64,000 nt of DNA. Source: Kiritimatiellia bacterium. Lineage in GTDB: Bacteria > Verrucomicrobiota > Kiritimatiellia > RFP12 > UBA1067. The stretch spans positions 1,408,001 to 1,472,000 of the forward strand of contig JBMNFY010000017.1 of the NCBI GenBank assembly GCA_050949565.1, written 5' to 3'. The translations under genes were made by a program, and so were the position numbers. Position 1 is the first letter of the stretch. Every line of letters begins with the position of its first letter. Positions 61,277 through 64,000 of this stretch are shown here, in pieces. Below the pieces are notes generated by a model. It made no database searches, was not told the DNA's origin, and saw only the letters and a program-made list of their open reading frames with translations.

Positions 61277-62350
61277 CTAATCAAGCTTGGGAATAACTTT
61301 TTGTTGCCCGTTAGCCTCGTTCTCTATCGTGACAACCGTTTTCTCACCATCCACGGTAAGGACGCGGTATGTTTCTTCGCGGACTTTGAACGTGCCACCC
61401 TCCAACACCGTGTACTCGGCATTGTCGAGCGGGAACACGATCACCGCTTCAACATCTGTGACCTTTCCGCCTTCGTTGATTGTCAACGTCATCACCTTGT
61501 TGTCCGACAGTCTTTTCACTTCTACGGTCGAGACGTCCACCCGCATTTTGATGCCGGGCATATTAGGATTCTCGCGCTCGACGGATTTTGCCGTGACCGT
61601 TCCCGCAGCATAACCGGTCTCGCCGATCGGCTCATTCTCGCGCACCCAGTGGGTCCTGCGGATCGGTTCGACTTGGTTAAACACAATCTGGTTTTTGCCA
61701 TCAGGCATCTTGTTGACGCCGCTGAAAATCAATGGCATGCGTTTGCCGCGCAACTCTTTCACGCGCAGGAGACTGACCAGCGGCGGATGTGATTTGGGGT
61801 CTTTCGGATCCGTCTTGGCGATGAACTCCTGAAGGTTGGTAAAGCCGTCGCCGTCGAGGTCGCCGTGGGCGTCCGCAGGGTCGTTCGGATTCAGACCAAG
61901 CGCAATCTCGATGCGATCCGGGATACCGTCGCCGTCGGTATCCAAGTCTGGATCCGCCTCCGCAGGTTTCGGTTGGCCGCCCCCGCAGAAGGGGCATTTC
62001 TCGGCGGCGTAGGGGATGGGTTTCTGGCACTCTTTAACCACGCAGGTCACACGCCGCTCCGGCATCAAAAAACCTGCCTTCTGGGCATCGGGAGTAGCAA
62101 GCTGCAACGGTGTGCGCGCCAACCGGATGGCGTCTTCAAACTCCGTCATGTCGATGGCTTTGAGGGCAGTGGAATCAGGCTTCAGCGAATCGATCCTGAG
62201 CTTGTAGTTCGCCTCTTCACGCTGCCGGGCAGGCCCTGCCGAGCGCGTGAGGTAAAACAGGGAGATGACGAGGCCAATCAGCACCACGACCACGATCACT
62301 TTGTCGTAGTACTTGACGATGGGGTTATTCGCGTTGAATTTCAAGGCCAC
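61277..62350 (-). CDS. Pilus-locus protein with Ca-binding DxDGDG repeats (Amuc_1099-like)
   Basis: N-terminal TM, CxxxxC...CPFC, DTDGDGIPD...DLDGDGFTNLQEF..TDPKDP; directly upstream of the secretin. Confidence 0.7.
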   Translation of the reverse strand: MALKFNANNPIVKYYDKVIVVVVLIGLVISLFYLTRSAGPARQREEANYKLRIDSLKPDSTALKAIDMTEFEDAIRLARTPLQLATPDAQKAGFLMPERRVTCVVKECQKPIPYAAEKCPFCGGGQPKPAEADPDLDTDGDGIPDRIEIALGLNPNDPADAHGDLDGDGFTNLQEFIAKTDPKDPKSHPPLVSLLRVKELRGKRMPLIFSGVNKMPDGKNQIVFNQVEPIRRTHWVRENEPIGETGYAAGTVTAKSVERENPNMPGIKMRVDVSTVEVKRLSDNKVMTLTINEGGKVTDVEAVIVFPLDNAEYTVLEGGTFKVREETYRVLTVDGEKTVVTIENEANGQQKVIPKLD

Positions 62351-62353
62351 GGT

Positions 62354-63322
62354 TTATACTCCCTCAAACGAGTAGACATCGATCTCAAGTTTCACTGCCA
62401 CCGGCGGTTCCAGTTCGGGATCGGTCACAATCCGTTCGACATGCGACAACTTGGCCGGATCGACAGGTTCCGCCGCGCCTTCGGCGGCAGCCTTCGAAGA
62501 ACTCTCTTTTCTCTTGGCGTTGAACTGCGCCAAGGGATCGGCCGTCTTGCGCAACTCGGCTTCGGCCACAACCACAAACATATCCATGGCCGCCAGCCGG
62601 TTCAGCGCCTCAATGAGCGCAACAGGGCGCGCGACGAATTCGAGCGTAAAGCGCTGGCTGGTCCAATACGCCGACTCCGTGCGTGCGGCGGCCCCGGATG
62701 CTCTGGCACTTCCGCCGCTGTCATCCCGGCGACGGGAACGGCGGCGCGAGGACGACTCCTGTTCCTCTTCCTCTTTTTTCACGACGTCAAAGACCTCGCG
62801 GGAAACGCTTCTCAACTCCATGATGCCGGCTGCGTAAAGCTCCTCACAGAGCTTCTCGATGATGGTCAGTTGCGCGGTCAGGCGATCCACATGTTCTGAC
62901 GCAGGCAGACTGTCGGACTGGCCAAGGTATTGGTCGAAGCCGAAGTTAAATCCGGGGGCGACAACCCTGCCCTGCACCGCACCGGCCTGAGCGGAGAGTT
63001 TGCGGACCGTAGCTTGAAGCGTCTGCTTGAAACTGGTCGGCGTTTTGGATTCAATCTGGAGGTCGCCTTTGTGAAGCTGATTGGAGGCGGTCACGAGCCA
63101 GCCTTCCAGCACCTTCTGATCCTCGCCGACGCGCGCGATATTCTCGTCGCTGGGGAAAACCTTGCCCCGGTAGATCTGCTGCAACGCCTGATATGCCTGG
63201 TCACGCTCTTCTGCCGCCCTGTTTTTGGCGGTTGTTTGGGTAAAGAGGAACCAGCCGGCAACGCCGCAGACAGCGGCCATCACGATGCCGCAAACGATCA
63301 TTATGATCTGTTGACGTTTCAT
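62354..63322 (-). CDS. PilO-position pilus protein (Amuc_1100-like)
   Basis: N-terminal TM, FPSDENI, FNFGFDQY, RLTAQL, synteny between the PilM/N-like gene and the secretin. Confidence 0.7.
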   Translation of the reverse strand: MKRQQIIMIVCGIVMAAVCGVAGWFLFTQTTAKNRAAEERDQAYQALQQIYRGKVFPSDENIARVGEDQKVLEGWLVTASNQLHKGDLQIESKTPTSFKQTLQATVRKLSAQAGAVQGRVVAPGFNFGFDQYLGQSDSLPASEHVDRLTAQLTIIEKLCEELYAAGIMELRSVSREVFDVVKKEEEEQESSSRRRSRRRDDSGGSARASGAAARTESAYWTSQRFTLEFVARPVALIEALNRLAAMDMFVVVAEAELRKTADPLAQFNAKRKESSSKAAAEGAAEPVDPAKLSHVERIVTDPELEPPVAVKLEIDVYSFEGV

Positions 63323-64000
63323 TTCGTTTCGGTATCCTTCGCGGCTGCTTCGGCCAACGTCGCCTCGATTGTAAACTCAATCAAATACGCCTCGATATCC
63401 TTCTGGCCGGTGATTTTGACATCTTTCGGTCCATTGCCGAACACTGGCTGCGTCTTCAGACGGTCGCGCAACACCTCCAACGCTGTCGCACTGCGTCCGG
63501 CTTCGCGCTCTTTCTCCTCGACCGCCTTGAGCTTGTCCACCCAACCGCGTCCGACAATGCGCAATCCGGTCACAACGCCGCCCTCGTCCTTGATCGGCAC
63601 CAGTTCGGTGAGCCAGACCCCATCCAGCAGGCTTTTGCGCACGGCGTCCACGCGTTTCAGCCATGCCGTCCGCTGCAAGATCACGTCTCGCATCGCCTCG
63701 GCCTTCTTCGCGACCTCTCCTTCGGCAGCCTGCGCCTTGTTGAGCCGGGCCAGATCGCCCTTGCGCACGTCCAGCGCCGCGTTCACCTGCGCGCTCTGGG
63801 CATGGTAGAGTTCTGCGAGTTGCTTGGCGTGCACCGCCCAGATGAACAGGCAGAGCAACACGCCGGCCGCCGCCAGAGCAAAGTACGGCACGCGCTTCTT
63901 GAACGACTTGCGCTTCACGATCTCGGGCGGCATCAGGTTGATTTCAACCGGACACGCCAACGAGCGGCGCAGCGCCAATCCCACGCTCTCGGCCAACACG
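63319..64000 (-). CDS. C-terminal part of a PilM-PilN fusion (Amuc_1101-like); start outside the window
   Basis: VGLALR (PilM C-terminus) followed by EINLMP, a TM helix, a coiled coil and GVWLTEL (PilN-like). Confidence 0.8.
   Translation of the reverse strand, partial: VLAESVGLALRRSLACPVEINLMPPEIVKRKSFKKRVPYFALAAAGVLLCLFIWAVHAKQLAELYHAQSAQVNAALDVRKGDLARLNKAQAAEGEVAKKAEAMRDVILQRTAWLKRVDAVRKSLLDGVWLTELVPIKDEGGVVTGLRIVGRGWVDKLKAVEEKEREAGRSATALEVLRDRLKTQPVFGNGPKDVKITGQKDIEAYLIEFTIEATLAEAAAKDTETK

Overview
GC-rich bacterial chromosome segment, most consistent with the PVC superphylum (Kiritimatiellae/Verrucomicrobia-like). This is inferred from the PEP-CTERM genes, an Akkermansia Amuc_1098-1101-like pilus locus, a CotH/lamin-tail giant protein and a HEAT + Gfo/Idh/MocA pair. 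Housekeeping genes (mfd; nrdR; rsmD-coaD-yceD-rpmF-plsX-purB; coaE-rho; tig-clpP-clpX) and carbohydrate-active genes (SASA esterase, GH92, GH127-like) surround a repeat-saturated accessory region (about 8.7-28 kb) that starts at tRNA-Asp and an intact tyrosine recombinase. Best candidate for a new system: two inverted, diverged copies of a two-gene surface-protein cassette (secreted repeat protein + PEP-CTERM protein, 16313-19428). Only one copy has a promoter, RBS and signal peptide, and homology stops at the signal-peptide cleavage site, the layout expected of an invertible expressed/silent switch. Second theme: a hierarchical family of non-coding repeats. It comprises polar TTAGGA(T/G) heptamer tracts, triple 8-9-mer motifs, REP-like palindromes, 20-bp-TIR MITE-like elements and two spacer-less 9-copy tandem arrays (115 bp and 106 bp) flanking nrdR, next to an internally deleted four-helix-bundle gene. 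All calls come from reading the sequence and recognising motifs; no searches were run.
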